A program made the translations under genes and the position numbers. A stretch of 64,000 nucleotides of DNA from Eledone cirrhosa. Taxonomy: Eukaryota. Location: contig OZ024741.1 in assembly GCA_964016885.1 (NCBI GenBank), forward strand, positions 207,700,001 through 207,764,000. Direction: 5' to 3'. Numbering within the stretch: position 1 is the stretch's first letter; each line of letters starts with the position of its first letter. Under the pieces are notes generated by a model, which was given only the letters and a program-made list of their open reading frames with translations, searched no databases and was not told the origin of the DNA. Shown piece after piece: positions 26,401-40,725 of the stretch.

Positions 26401-29400
26401 ATCATTGATCTCAGTAGACAGGCGGGGTAGTTGGCCTTGATAAGCTTCAACAAAAGCGAAACATGTCATGTCGGCTTATCTCCCCTGTTTGCTGAGATCA
26501 AAGTGAGTGAATTTGTCACTACTTTAAAACAATAGCTTACGGTCTTCAAAATGCTTTTAATTAAGCATAAAGTGTATTGCAAAATACATTATATATACAT
26601 CCATATATGTATTGCTATTTCAGAGCTCCAATTCTAATTTTTAATTTCTGCCTGACCAACAACCGCTCTGCATAATCAGCTCCTGATTATTTACTAGATT
26701 TCTATAAGAATATAACATCATTGATCTCAGTAGACAGGCGGGGTAGTTGGCCTTGATAAGCTTCAACAAAAGCGAAACATGTCATGTCGGCTTATCTCCC
26801 CTGTTTGCTGAGATCAAAGTGAGTGAACGTGTCACTACTTTAAAACAATAGCTTACGGTCTTCAAAATGCTTTTAATTAAGCATAAAGTGTATTGCAAAA
26901 TACATTATATATACATCCATATATATATTGCTATTTCAGAGCTCCAATTCTAATTTTTAATTTCTGCCTGACCAACAACCGCTCTGCATAATCAGCTCCT
27001 GATTATTTACTAGATTTCTATAAGAATATAACACCATTGATCTCAGTAGACAGGCGGGGTAGTTGGCCTTGATAAGCTTCAACAAAAGCGAAACATGTCA
27101 TGTCGGCTTATCTCCCCTGTTTGCTGAGATCAAAGTGAGTGAATGTGTCACTACTTTAAAACAATAGCTTACGGTCTTCAAAATGCTTTTAATTAAGCAT
27201 AAGTGTATTGCAAAATACATCCATATATATATTGCTATTTCAGAGCTCCAATTCTAATTTTTAATTTCTGCCTGACCAACGTCCGCTCTGCATAATCAGC
27301 TCCTGATTATTTACTAGATTTCTATAAGAATATAACACCATTGATCTCAGTAGACAGGCGGGGTAGTTGGCCTTGATAAGCTTCAACAAAAGCGAAACAT
27401 GTCATGTCGGCTTATCTCCCCTGTTTGCTGAGATCAAAGTGAGTGAATTTGTCACTACTTTAAAACAATAGCTTACGGTCTTCAAAATGCTTTTAATTAA
27501 GCATAAAGTGTATTGCAAAATACATTATATATACATCCATATATGTATTGCTATTTCAGAGCTCCAATTCTAATTTTTAATTTCTGCCTGACCAACAACC
27601 GCTCTGCATAATCAGCTCCTGATTATTTACTAGATTTCTATAAGAATATAACATCATTGATCTCAGTAGACAGGCGGGGTAGTTGGCCTTGATAAGCTTC
27701 AACAAAAGCGAAACATGTCATGTCGGCTTATCTCCCCTGTTTGCTGAGATCAAAGTGAGTGAATGTGTCACTACTTTAAAACAATAGCTTACGGTCTTCA
27801 AAATGCTTTTAATTAAGCATAAAGTGTATTGCAAAATACATTATATATACATCCATATATATATTGCTATTTCAGAGCTCCAATTCTAATTTTTAATTTC
27901 TGCCTGACCAACAACCGCTCTGCATAATCAGCTCCTGATTATTTACTAGATTTCTATAAGAATATAACACCATTGATCTCAGTAGACAGGCGGGGTAGTT
28001 GGCCTTGATAAGCTTCAACAAAAGCGAAACATGTCATGTCGGCTTATCTCCCCTGTTTGCTGAGATCAAAGTGAGTGAATGTGTCACTACTTTAAAACAA
28101 TAGCTTACGGTCTTCAAAATGCTTTTAATTAAGCATAAGTGTATTGCAAAATACATCCATATATATATTGCTATTTCAGAGCTCCAATTCTAATTTTTAA
28201 TTTCTGCCTGACCAACAACCGCTCTGCATAATCAGCTCCTGATTATTTACTAGATTTCTATAAGAATATAACATCATTGATCTCAGTAGACAGGCGGGGT
28301 AGTTGGCCTTGATAAGCTTCAACAAAAGCGAAACATGTCATGTCGGCTTATCTCCCCTGTTTGCTGAGATCAAAGTGAGTGAATTTGTCACTACTTTAAA
28401 ACAATAGCTTACGGTCTTCAAAATGCTTTTAATTAAGCATAAAGTGTATTGCAAAATACATTATATATACATCCATATATGTATTGCTATTTCAGAGCTC
28501 CAATTCTAATTTTTAATTTCTGCCTGACCAACAACCGCTCTGCATAATCAGCTCCTGATTATTTATTAGATTTCTATAAGAATATAACATCATTGATCTC
28601 AGTAGACAGGCGGGGTAGTTGGCCTTGATAAGCTTCAACAAATGCGAAACATGTCATGTCGGCTTATCTCCCCTGTTTGCTGAGATCAAAGTGAGTGAAT
28701 GTGTCACTACTTTAAAACAATAGCTTACGGTCTTCAAAATGCTTTTAATTAAGCATAAAGTGTATTGCAAAATACATTATATATACATCCATATATATAT
28801 TGCTATTTCAGAGCTCCAATTCTAATTTTTAATTTCTGCCTGACCAACAACCGCTCTGCATAATCAGCTCCTGATTATTTACTAGATTTCTATAAGAATA
28901 TAACATCATTGATCTCAGTAGACAGGCGGGGTAGTTGGCCTTGATAAGCTTCAACAAAAGCGAAACATGTCATGTCGGCTTATCTCCCCTGTTTGCTGAG
29001 ATCAAAGTGAGTGAATTTGTCACTACTTTAAAACAATAGCTCACGGTCTTCAAAATGCTTTTAATTAAGCATAAAGTGTATTGCAAAATACATTATATAT
29101 ACATCCATATATGTATTGCTATTTCAGAGCTCCAATTCTAATTTTTAATTTCTGCCTGACCAACAACCGCTCTGCATAATCAGCTCCTGATTATTTACTA
29201 GATTTCTATAAGAATATAACACCATTGATCTCAGTAGACAGGCGGGGTAGTTGGCCTTGATAAGCTTCAACAAAAGCGAAACATGTCATGTCGGCTTATC
29301 TCCCCTGTTTGCTGAGATCAAAGTGAGTGATTTTGTCACTACTTTAAAACAATAGCTTACGGTCTTCAAAATGCTTTTAATTAAGCATAAAGTGTATTGC

Positions 29401-32400
29401 AAAATACATTATATATACATCCATATATATATTGCTATTTCAGAGCTCCAATTCTAATTTTTAATTTCTGCCTGACCAACAACCGCTCTGCATAATCAGC
29501 TCCTGATTATTTACTAGATTTCTATAAGAATATAACACCATTGATCTCAGTAGACAGGCGGGGTAGTTGGCCTTGATAAGCTTCAACAAAAGCGAAACAT
29601 GTCATGTCGGCTTATCTCCCCTGTTTGCTGAGATCAAAGTGAGTGAATGTGTCACTACTTTAAAACAATAGCTTACGGTCTTCAAAATGCTTTTAATTAA
29701 GCATAAGTGTATTGCAAAATACATCCATATATATATTGCTATTTCAGAGCTCCAATTCTAATTTTTAATTTCTGCCTGACCAACAACCGCTCTGCATAAT
29801 CAGCTCCTGATTATTTACTAGATTTCTATAAGAATATAACATCATTGATCTCAGTAGACAGGCGGGGTAGTTGGCCTTGATAAGCTTCAACAAAAGCGAA
29901 ACATGTCATGTCGGCTTATCTCCCCTGTTTGCTGAGATCAAAGTGAGTGAATTTGTTACTACTTTAAAACAATAGCTTACGGTCTTCAAAATGCTTTTAA
30001 TTAAGCATAACGTGTATTGCAAAATACATTATATATACATCCATATATGTATTGCTATTTCAGAGCTCCAATTCTAATTTTTAATTTCTGCCTGACCAAC
30101 AACCGCTCTGCATAATCAGCTCCTGATTATTTACTAGATTTCTATAAGAATATAACATCATTGATCTCAGTAGACAGGCGGGGTAGTTGGCCTTGATAAG
30201 CTTCAACAAAAGCGAAACATGTCATGTCGGCTTATCTCCCCTGTTTGCTGAGATCAAAGTGAGTGAATGTGTCACTACTTTAAAACAATAGCTTACGGTC
30301 TTCAAAACGCTTTTAATTAAGCATAAAGTGTATTGCAAAATACATTATATATACATCCATATATATATTGCTATTTCAGAGCTCCAATTCTAATTTTTAA
30401 TTTCTGCCTGACCAACAACCGCTCTGCATAATCAGCTCCTGATTATTTACTAGATTTCTGTAAGAATATAACACCATTGATCTCAGTAGACAGGCGGGGT
30501 AGTTGGCCTTGATAAGCTTCAACAAAAGCGAAACATGTCATGTCGGCTTATCTCCCCTGTTTGCTGAGATCAAAGTGAGTGAATGTGTCACTACTTTAAA
30601 ACAATAGCTTACGGTCTTCAAAATGCTTTTAATTAAGCATAAGTGTATTGCAAAATACATCCATATATATATTGCTATTTCAGAGCTCCAATTCTAATTT
30701 TTAATTTCTGCCTGACCAACAACCGCTCTGCATAATCAGCTCCTGATTATTTACTAGATTTCTATAAGAATATAACACCATTGATCTCAGTAGACAGGCG
30801 GGGTAGTTGGCCTTGATAAACTTCAACAAAAGCGAAACATGTCATGTCGGCTTATCTCCCCTGTTTGCTGAGATCAAAGTGAGTGAATGTGTCACTACTT
30901 TAAAACAATAGCTTACGGTCTTCAAAATGCTTTTACTTAAGCATAAGTGTATTGCAAAATACATCCATATATATATTGCTATTTCAGAGCTCCAATTCTA
31001 ATTTTTAATTTCTGCCTGACCAACAACCGCTCTGCATAATCAGCTCCTGATTATTTACTAGATTTCTATAAGAATATAACATCATTGATCTCAGTAGACA
31101 GGCGGGGTAGTTGGCCTTGATAAGCTTCAACAAAAGCGAAACATGTCATGTCGGCTTATCTCCCCTGTTTGCTGAGATCAAAGTGAGTGAATTTGTCACT
31201 ACTTTAAAACAATAGCTTACGGTCTTCAAAATGCTTTTAATTAAGCATAAAGTGTATTGCAAAATACATTATATATACATCCATATATGTATTGCTATTT
31301 CAGAGCTCCAATTCTAATTTTTAATTTCTGCCTGACCAACAACCGCTCTGCATAATCAGCTCCTGATTATTTACTAGATTTCTATAAGAATATAACATCA
31401 TTGATCTCAGTAGACAGGCGGGGTAGTTGGCCTTGATAAGCTTCAACAAAAGCGAAACATGTCATGTCGGCTTATCTCCCCTGTTTGCTGAGATCAAAGT
31501 GAGTGAACGTGTCACTACTTTAAAACAATAGCTTACGGTCTTCAAAATGCTTTTAATTAAGCATAAAGTGTATTGCAAAATACATTATATATACATCCAT
31601 ATATATATTGCTATTTCAGAGCTCCAATTCTAATTTTTAATTTCTGCCTGACCAACAACCGCTCTGCATAATCAGCTCCTGATTATTTACTAGATTTCTA
31701 TAAGAATATAACACCATTGATCTCAGTAGACAGGCGGGGTAGTTGGCCTTGATAAGCTTCAACAAAAGCGAAACATGTCATGTCGGCTTATCTCCCCTGT
31801 TTGCTGAGATCAAAGTGAGTGAATGTGTCACTACTTTAAAACAATAGCTTACGGTCTTCAAAATGCTTTTAATTAAGCATAAGTGTATTGCAAAATACAT
31901 CCATATATATATTGCTATTTCAGAGCTCCAATTCTAATTTTTAATTTCTGCCTGACCAACAACCGCTCTGCATAATCAGCTCCTGATTATTTACTAGATT
32001 TCTATAAGAATATAACATCATTGATCTTAGTAGACAGGCGGGGTAGTTGGCCTTGATAAGCTTCAACAAAAGCGAAACATGTCATGTCGGCTTATCTCCC
32101 CTGTTTGCTGAGATCAAAGTGAGTGAATTTGTCACTACTTTAAAACAATAGCTTACGGTCTTCAAAATGCTTTTAATTAAGCATAAAGTGTATTGCAAAA
32201 TACATTATATATACATCCATATATGTATTGCTATTTCAGAGCTCCAATTCTAATTTTTAATTTCTGCCTGACCAACAACCGCTCTGCATAATCAGCTCCT
32301 GATTATTTACTAGATTTCTATAAGAATATAACATCATTGATCTCAGCAGACAGGCGGGGTAGTTGGCCTTGATAAGCTTCAACAAAAGCGAAACATGTCA

Positions 32401-35400
32401 TGTCGGCTTATCTCCCCTGTTTGCTGAGATCAAAGTGAGTGAATGTGTCACTACTTTAAAACAATAGCTTACGGTCTTCAAAATGCTTTTAATTAAGCAT
32501 AAAGTGTATTGCAAAATACATTATATATACATCCATATATATATTGCTATTTCAGAGCTCCAATTCTAATTTTTAATTTCTGCCTGACCAACAACCGCTC
32601 TGCATAATCAGCTCCTGATTATTTACTAGATTTCTATAAGAATATAACACCATTGATCTCAGTAGACAGGCGGGGTAGTTGGCCTTGATAAGCTTCAACA
32701 AAAGCGAAACATGTCATGTCGGCTTATCTCCCCTGTTTGCTGAGATCAAAGTGAGTGAATGTGTCACTACTTTAAAACAATAGCTTACGGTCTTCAAAAT
32801 GCTTTTAATTAAGCATAAGTGTATTGCAAAATACATCCATATATATATTGCTATTTCAGAGCTCCAATTCTAATTTTTAATTTCTGCCTGACCAACAACC
32901 GCTCTGCATAATCAGCTCCTGATTATTTACTAGATTTCATAAAGAATATAACATCATTGATCTCAGTAGACAGGCGGGGTAGTTGGCCTTGATAAGCTTC
33001 AACAAAAGCGAAACATGTCATGTCGGCTTATCTCCCCTGTTTGCTGAGATCAAAGTGAGTGAATTTGTCACTACTTTAAAACAATAGCTTACAGTCTTCA
33101 AAATGCTTTTAATTAAGCATAAAGTGTATTGCAAAATACATTATATATACATCCATATATGTATTGCTATTTCAGAGCTCCAATTCTAATTTTTAATTTC
33201 TGCCTGACCAACAACCGCTCTGCATAATCAGCTCCTGATTATTTATTAGATTTCTATAAGAATATAACATCATTGATCTCAGTAGACAGGCGGGGTAGTT
33301 GGCCTTGATAAGCTTCAACAAATGCGAAACATGTCATGTCGGCTTATCTCCCCTGTTTGCTGAGATCAAAGTGAGTGAATGTGTCACTACTTTAAAACAA
33401 TAGCTTACGGTCTTCAAAATGCTTTTAATTAAGCATAAAGTGTATTGCAAAATACATTATATATACATCCATATATATATTGCTATTTCAGAGCTCCAAT
33501 TCTAATTTTTAATTTCTGCCTGACCAACAACCGCTCTGCATAATCAGCTCCTGATTATTTACTAGATTTCTATAAGAATATAACATCATTGATCTCAGTA
33601 GACAGGCGGGGTAGTTGGCCTTGATAAGCTTCAACAAAAGCGAAACATGTCATGTCGGCTTATCTCCCCTGTTTGCTGAGATCAAAGTGAGTGAATTTGT
33701 CACTACTTTAAAACAATAGCTCACGGTCTTCAAAATGCTTTTAATTAAGCATAAAGTGTATTGCAAAATACATTATATATACATCCATATATGTATTGCT
33801 ATTTCAGAGCTCCAATTCTAATTTTTAATTTCTGCCTGACCAACAACCGCTCTGCATAATCAGCTCCTGATTATTTACTAGATTTCTATAAGAATATAAC
33901 ACCATTGATCTCAGTAGACAGGCGGCGTAGTTGGCCTTGATAAGCTTCAACAAAAGCGAAACATGTCATGTCGGCTTATCTCCCCTGTTTGCTGAGATCA
34001 AAGTGAGTGATTTTGTCACTACTTTAAAACAATAGCTTACGGTCTTCAAAATGCTTTTAATTAAGCATAAAGTGTATTGCAAAATACATTATATATACAT
34101 CCATATATATATTGCTATTTCAGAGCTCCAATTCTAATTTTTTAATTTCTGCCTGACCAACAACCGCTCTGCATAATCAGCTCCTGATTATTTACTAGAT
34201 TTCTATAAGAATATAACACCATTGATCTCAGTAGACATGCGGGGTAGTTGGCCTTGATAAGCTTCAACAAAAGCGAAACATGTCATGTCGGCTTATCTCC
34301 CCTGTTTGCTGAGATCAAAGTGAGTGAATGTGTCACTACTTTAAAACAATAGCTTACGGTCTTCAAAATGCTTTTAATTAAGCATAAGTGTATTGCAAAA
34401 TACATCCATATATATATTGCTATTTCAGAGCTCCAATTCTAATTTTTAATTTCTGCCTGACCAACAACCGCTCTGCATAATCAGCTCCTGATTATTTACT
34501 AGATTTCTATAAGAATATAACACCATTGATCTCAGTAGACAGGCGGGGTAGTTGGCCTTGATAAGCTTCAACAAAAGCGAAACATGTCATGTCGGCTTAT
34601 CTCCCCTGTTTGGTGAGATCAAAGTGAGTGAATGTGTCACTACTTTAAAACAATAGCTTACGGTCTTCAAAATGCTTTTAATTAAGCATAAGTGTATTGC
34701 AAAATACATCCATATATATATTGCTATTTCAGAGCTCCAATTCTAATTTTTAATTTCTGCCTGACCAACAACCGCTCTGCATAATCAGCTCCTGATTATT
34801 TACTAGATTTCTATAAGAATATAACACCATTGATCTCAGTAGACAGGCGGGGTAGTTGGCCTTGATAAACTTCAACAAAAGCGAAACATGTCATGTCGGC
34901 TTATCTCCCCTGTTTGCTGAGATCAAAGTGAGTGAATGTGTCACTACTTTAAAACAATAGCTTACGGTCTTCAAAATGCTTTTAATTAAGCATAAAGTGT
35001 ATTGCAAAATACATTATATATACATCCATATATATATTGCTATTTCAGAGCTCCAATTCTAATTTTTAATTTCTGCCTGACCAACAACCGCTCTGCATAA
35101 TCAGCTCCTGATTATTTACTAGATTTCTATAAGAATATAACACCATTGATCTCAGTAGACAGGCGGGGTAGTTGGCCTTGATAAGCTTCAACAAAAGCGA
35201 AACATGTCATGTCGGCTTATCTCCCCTGTTTGCTGAGATCAAAGTGAGTGAATGTGTCACTACTTTAAAACAATAGCTTACGGTCTTCAAAATGCTTTTA
35301 ATTAAGCATAAGTGTATTGCAAAATACATCCATATATATATTGCTATTTCAGAGCTCCAATTCTAATTTTTAATTTCTGCCTGACCAACAACCGCTCTGC

Positions 35401-38400
35401 ATAATCAGCTCCTGATTATTTACTAGATTTCTATAAGAATATAACACCATTGATCTCAGTAGACAGGCGGGGTAGTTGGCCTTGATAAACTTCAACAAAA
35501 GCGAAACATGTCATGTCGGCTTATCTCCCCTGTTTGCTGAGATCAAAGTGAGTGAATGTGTCACTACTTTAAAACAATAGCTTACGGTCTTCAAAATGCT
35601 TTTACTTAAGCATAAGTGTATTGCAAAATACATCCATATATATATTGCTATTTCAGAGCTCCAATTCTAATTTTTAATTTCTGCCTGACCAACAACCGCT
35701 CTGCATAATCAGCTCCTGATTATTTACTAGATTTCTATAAGAATATAACATCATTGATCTCAGTAGACAGGCGGGGTAGTTGGCCTTGATAAGCTTCAAC
35801 AAAAGCGAAACATGTCATGTCGGCTTATCTCCCCTGTTTGCTGAGATCAAAGTGAGTGAATTTGTCACTACTTTAAAACAATAGCTTACGGTCTTCAAAA
35901 TGCTTTTAATTAAGCATAAAGTGTATTGCAAAATACATTATATATACATCCATATATGTATTGCTATTTCAGAGCTACAATTCTAATTTTTAATTTCTGC
36001 CTGACCAACAACCGCTCTGCATAATCAGCTCCTGATTATTTACTAGATTTCTATAAGAATATAACATCATTGATCTCAGTAGACAGGCGGGGTAGTTGGC
36101 CTTGATAAGCTTCAACAAAAGCGAAACATGTCATGTCGGCTTATCTCCCCTGTTTGCTGAGATCAAAGTGAGTGAACGTGTCACTACTTTAAAACAATAG
36201 CTTACGGTCTTCAAAATGCTTTTAATTAAGCATAAAGTGTATTGCAAAATACATTATATATACATCCATATATATATTGCTATTTCAGAGCTCCAATTCT
36301 AATTTTTAATTTCTGCCTGACCAACAACCGCTCTGCATAATCAGCTCCTGATTATTTACTAGATTTCTATAAGAATATAACACCATTGATCTCAGTAGAC
36401 AGGCGGGGTAGTTGGCCTTGATAAGCTTCAACAAAAGCGAAACATGTCATGTCGGCTTATCTCCCCTGTTTGGTGAGATCAAAGTGAGTGAATGTGTCAC
36501 TACTTTAAAACAATAGCTTACGGTCTTCAAAATGCTTTTAATTAAGCATAAGTGTATTGCAAAATACATCCATATATATATTGCTATTTCAGAGCTCCAA
36601 TTCTAATTTTTAATTTCTGCCTGACCAACAACCGCTCTGCATAATCAGCTCCTGATTATTTACTAGATTTCTATAAGAATATAACACCATTGATCTCAGT
36701 AGACAGGCGGGGTAGTTGGCCTTGATAAACTTCAACAAAAGCGAAACATGTCATGTCGGCTTATCTCCCCTGTTTGCTGAGATCAAAGTGAGTGAATGTG
36801 TCACTACTTTAAAACAATAGCTTACGGTCTTCAAAATGCTTTTAATTAAGCATAAAGTGTATTGCAAAATACATTATATATACATCCATATATATATTGC
36901 TATTTCAGAGCTCCAATTCTAATTTTTAATTTCTGCCTGACCAACAACCGCTCTGCATAATCAGCTCCTGATTATTTACTAGATTTCTATAAGAATATAA
37001 CACCATTGATCTCAGTAGACAGGCGGGGTAGTTGGCCTTGATAAGCTTCAACAAAAGCGAAACATGTCATGTCGGCTTATCTCCCCTGTTTGCTGAGATC
37101 AAAGTGAGTGAATGTGTCACTACTTTAAAACAATAGCTTACGGTCTTCAAAATGCTTTTAATTAAGCATAAGTGTATTGCAAAATACATCCATATATATA
37201 TTGCTATTTCAGAGCTCCAATTCTAATTTTTAATTTCTGCCTGACCAACAACCGCTCTGCATAATCAGCTCCTGATTATTTACTAGATTTCTATAAGAAT
37301 ATAACACCATTGATCTCAGTAGACAGGCGGGGTAGTTGGCCTTGATAAACTTCAACAAAAGCGAAACATGTATTGTCGGCTTATCTCCCCTGTTTGCTGA
37401 GATCAAAGTGAGTGAATGTGTCACTACTTTAAAACAATAGCTTACGGTCTTCAAAATGCTTTTACTTAAGCATAAGTGTATTGCAAAATACATCCATATA
37501 TATATTGCTATTTCAGAGCTCCAATTCTAATTTTTAATTTCTGCCTGACCAACAACCGCTCTGCATAATCAGCTCCTGATTATTTACTAGATTTCTATAA
37601 GAATATAACATCATTGATCTCAGTAGACAGGCGGGGTAGTTGGCCTTGATAAGCTTCAACAAAAGCGAAACATGTCATGTCGGCTTATCTCCCCTGTTTG
37701 CTGAGATCAAAGTGAGTGAATTTGTCACTACTTTAAAACAATAGCTTACGGTCTTCAAAATGCTTTTAATTAAGCATAAAGTGTATTGCAAAATACATTA
37801 TATATACATCCATATATGTATTGCTATTTCAGAGCTCCAATTCTAATTTTTAATTTCTGCCTGACCAACAACCGCTCTGCATAATCAGCTCCTGATTATT
37901 TACTAGATTTCTATAAGAATATAACATCATTGATCTCAGTAGACAGGCGGGGTAGTTGGCCTTGATAAGCTTCAACAAAAGCGAAACATGTCATGTCGGC
38001 TTATCTCCCCTGTTTGCTGAGATCAAAGTGAGTGAACGTGTCACTACTTTAAAACAATAGCTTACGGTCTTCAAAATGCTTTTAATTAAGCATAAAGTGT
38101 ATTGCAAAATACATTATATATACATCCATATATATATTGCTATTTCAGAGCTCCAATTCTAATTTTTAATTTCTGCCTGACCAACAACCGCTCTGCATAA
38201 TCAGCTCCTGATTATTTACTAGATTTCTATAAGAATATAACATCATTGATCTCAGTAGACAGGCGGGGTAGTTGGCCTTGATAAGCTTCAACAAAAGCGA
38301 AACATGTCATGTCGGCTTATCTCCCCTGTTTGCTGAGATCAAAGTGAGTGAATGTGTCACTACTTTAAAACAATAGCTTACGGTCTTCAAAATGCTTTTA

Positions 38401-39801
38401 ATTAAGCATAAAGTGTATTGCAAAATACATTATATATACATCCATATATATATTGCTATTTCAGAGCTCCAATTCTAATTTTTAATTTCTGCCTGACCAA
38501 CAACCGCTCTGCATAATCAGCTCCTGATTATTTACTAGATTTCTATAAGAATATAACACCATTGATCTCAGTAGACAGGCGGGGTAGTTGGCCTTGATAA
38601 GCTTCAACAAAAGCGAAACATGTCATGTCGGCTTATCTCCCCTGTTTGCTGAGATCAAAGTGAGTGAATGTGTCACTACTTTAAAACAATAGCTTACGGT
38701 CTTCAAAATGCTTTTAATTAAGCATAAGTGTATTGCAAAATACATCCATATATATATTGCTATTTCAGAGCTCCAATTCTAATTTTTAATTTCTGCCTGA
38801 CCAACAACCGTTCTGCATAATCAGCTCCTGATTATTTACTAGATTTCTATAAGAATATAACATCATTGATCTCAGTAGACAGGCGGGGTAGTTGGCCTTG
38901 ATAAGCTTCAACAAAAGCGAAACATGTCATGTCGGCTTATCTCCCCTGTTTGCTGAGATCAAAGTGAGTGAATTTGTCACTACTTTAAAACAATAGCTTA
39001 CGGTCTTCAAAATGCTTTTAATTAAGCATAAAGTGTATTGCAAAATACATTATATATACATCCATATATGTATTGCTATTTCAGAGCTCCAATTCTAATT
39101 TTTAATTTCTGCCTGACCAACAACCGCTCTGCATAATCAGCTCCTGATTATTTATTAGATTTCTATAAGAATATAACATCATTGATCTCAGTAGACAGGC
39201 GGGGTAGTTGGCCTTGATAAGCTTCAACAAATGCGAAACATGTCATGTCGGCTTATCTCCCCTGTTTGCTGAGATCAAAGTGAGTGAATGTGTCACTACT
39301 TTAAAACAATAGCTTACGGTCTTCAAAATGCTTTTAATTAAGCATAAGTGTATTGCAAAATACATCCATATATATATTGCTATTTCAGAGCTCCAATTCT
39401 AATTTTTAATTTCTGCCTGACCAACAACCGCTCTGCATAATCAGCTCCTGATTATTTACTAGATTTCTATAAGAATATAACATCATTGATCTCAGTAGAC
39501 AGGCGGGGTAGTTGGCCTTGATAAGCTTCAACAAAAGCGAAACATGTCATGTCGGCTTATCTCCCCTGTTTGCTGAGATCAAAGTGAGTGAATTTGTCAC
39601 TACTTTAAAACAATAGCTTACGGTCTTCAAAATGCTTTTAATTAAGCATAAAGTGTATTGCAAAATACATTATATATACATCCATATATGTATTGCTATT
39701 TCAGAGCTCCAATTCTAATTTTTAATTTCTGCCTGACCAACAACCGCTCTGCATAATCAGCTCCTGATTATTTACTAGATTTCTATAAGAATATAACATC
39801 A

Positions 39802-39898
39802 TTGATCTCAGTAGACAGGCGGGGTAGTTGGCCTTGATAAGCTTCAACAAAAGCGAAACATGTCATGTCGGCTTATCTCCCCTGTTTGCTGAGATCAA
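39802..39898 (+). ncRNA. Type I hammerhead ribozyme, last copy of the array
   Basis: Consensus motif GGCCTTGATAAGCTTCAACAAAAGCGAAACATGTCATGTCGGCT enclosed by TTGATCTCAG/CTGAGATCAA. Confidence 0.88.
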
Positions 39899-40000
39899 AG
39901 TGAGTGAATGTGTCACTACTTTAAAACAATAGCTTACGGTCTTCAAAATGCTTTTAATTAAGCATAAAGTGTATTGCAAAATACATTATATATACATCCA

Positions 40001-40002
40001 TA

Positions 40003-40033
<31 letters not shown>

Positions 40034-40193
40034 GTATGTATATATATATATATATATATATACATATCTACATATCTATATATATATATATGTATATGCG
40101 TATATGTATGTATGTATATATATGTGTATATATATATTTATATATATATATGTATATATACATATATATATATATGTATATATGTATATATAT
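40001..40193. repeat. Imperfect (TA)n microsatellite
   Basis: TA dinucleotide run with scattered C/G interruptions. Confidence 0.95.
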
Positions 40194-40316
40194 AGTTTGT
40201 GAATACTTCTTATGGATAGTTTTGGCGTACGGCGTTGTATGACTCAACAAGAGGTTTACCTGGATGACGAGATTATGACTTCACTTGTATTCCTATGTAA
40301 GTATATCTTGGAGTAA

Positions 40317-40725
<409 letters not shown>

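Larger units (their letters stand above)
1..40000 (+). repeat. Tandem satellite of 316-bp and 304-bp monomers (roughly 125-128 copies; continues past the left edge), each containing a hammerhead ribozyme motif
   Basis: The anchor TTACTAGATTTCTATAAG (TTCCTAG variant at 937) recurs at 1, 317, 621, 937, 1241, giving spacings of 316 and 304. The short form lacks one A in GCATAAAGTG and the 11 nt TATATATACAT. Copies differ by only a few SNPs. The array ends at ~40000 in (TA)n. Copy number is estimated from length, not counted. Confidence 0.98.

Noticed and set aside
1648-37493. Recurrent 66-87 aa minus-strand ORFs in the satellite
   Set aside because: They open only where a SNP removes a stop or the SINE adds sequence. 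Most monomers have the stop, and no domain is recognisable.
1-40000. CRISPR array, or tandem 5S/tRNA/snRNA/SL-RNA gene cluster
   Set aside because: No unique spacers or cas genes. The monomer has no recognisable A/B/C boxes, cloverleaf, or snRNA/5S sequence.
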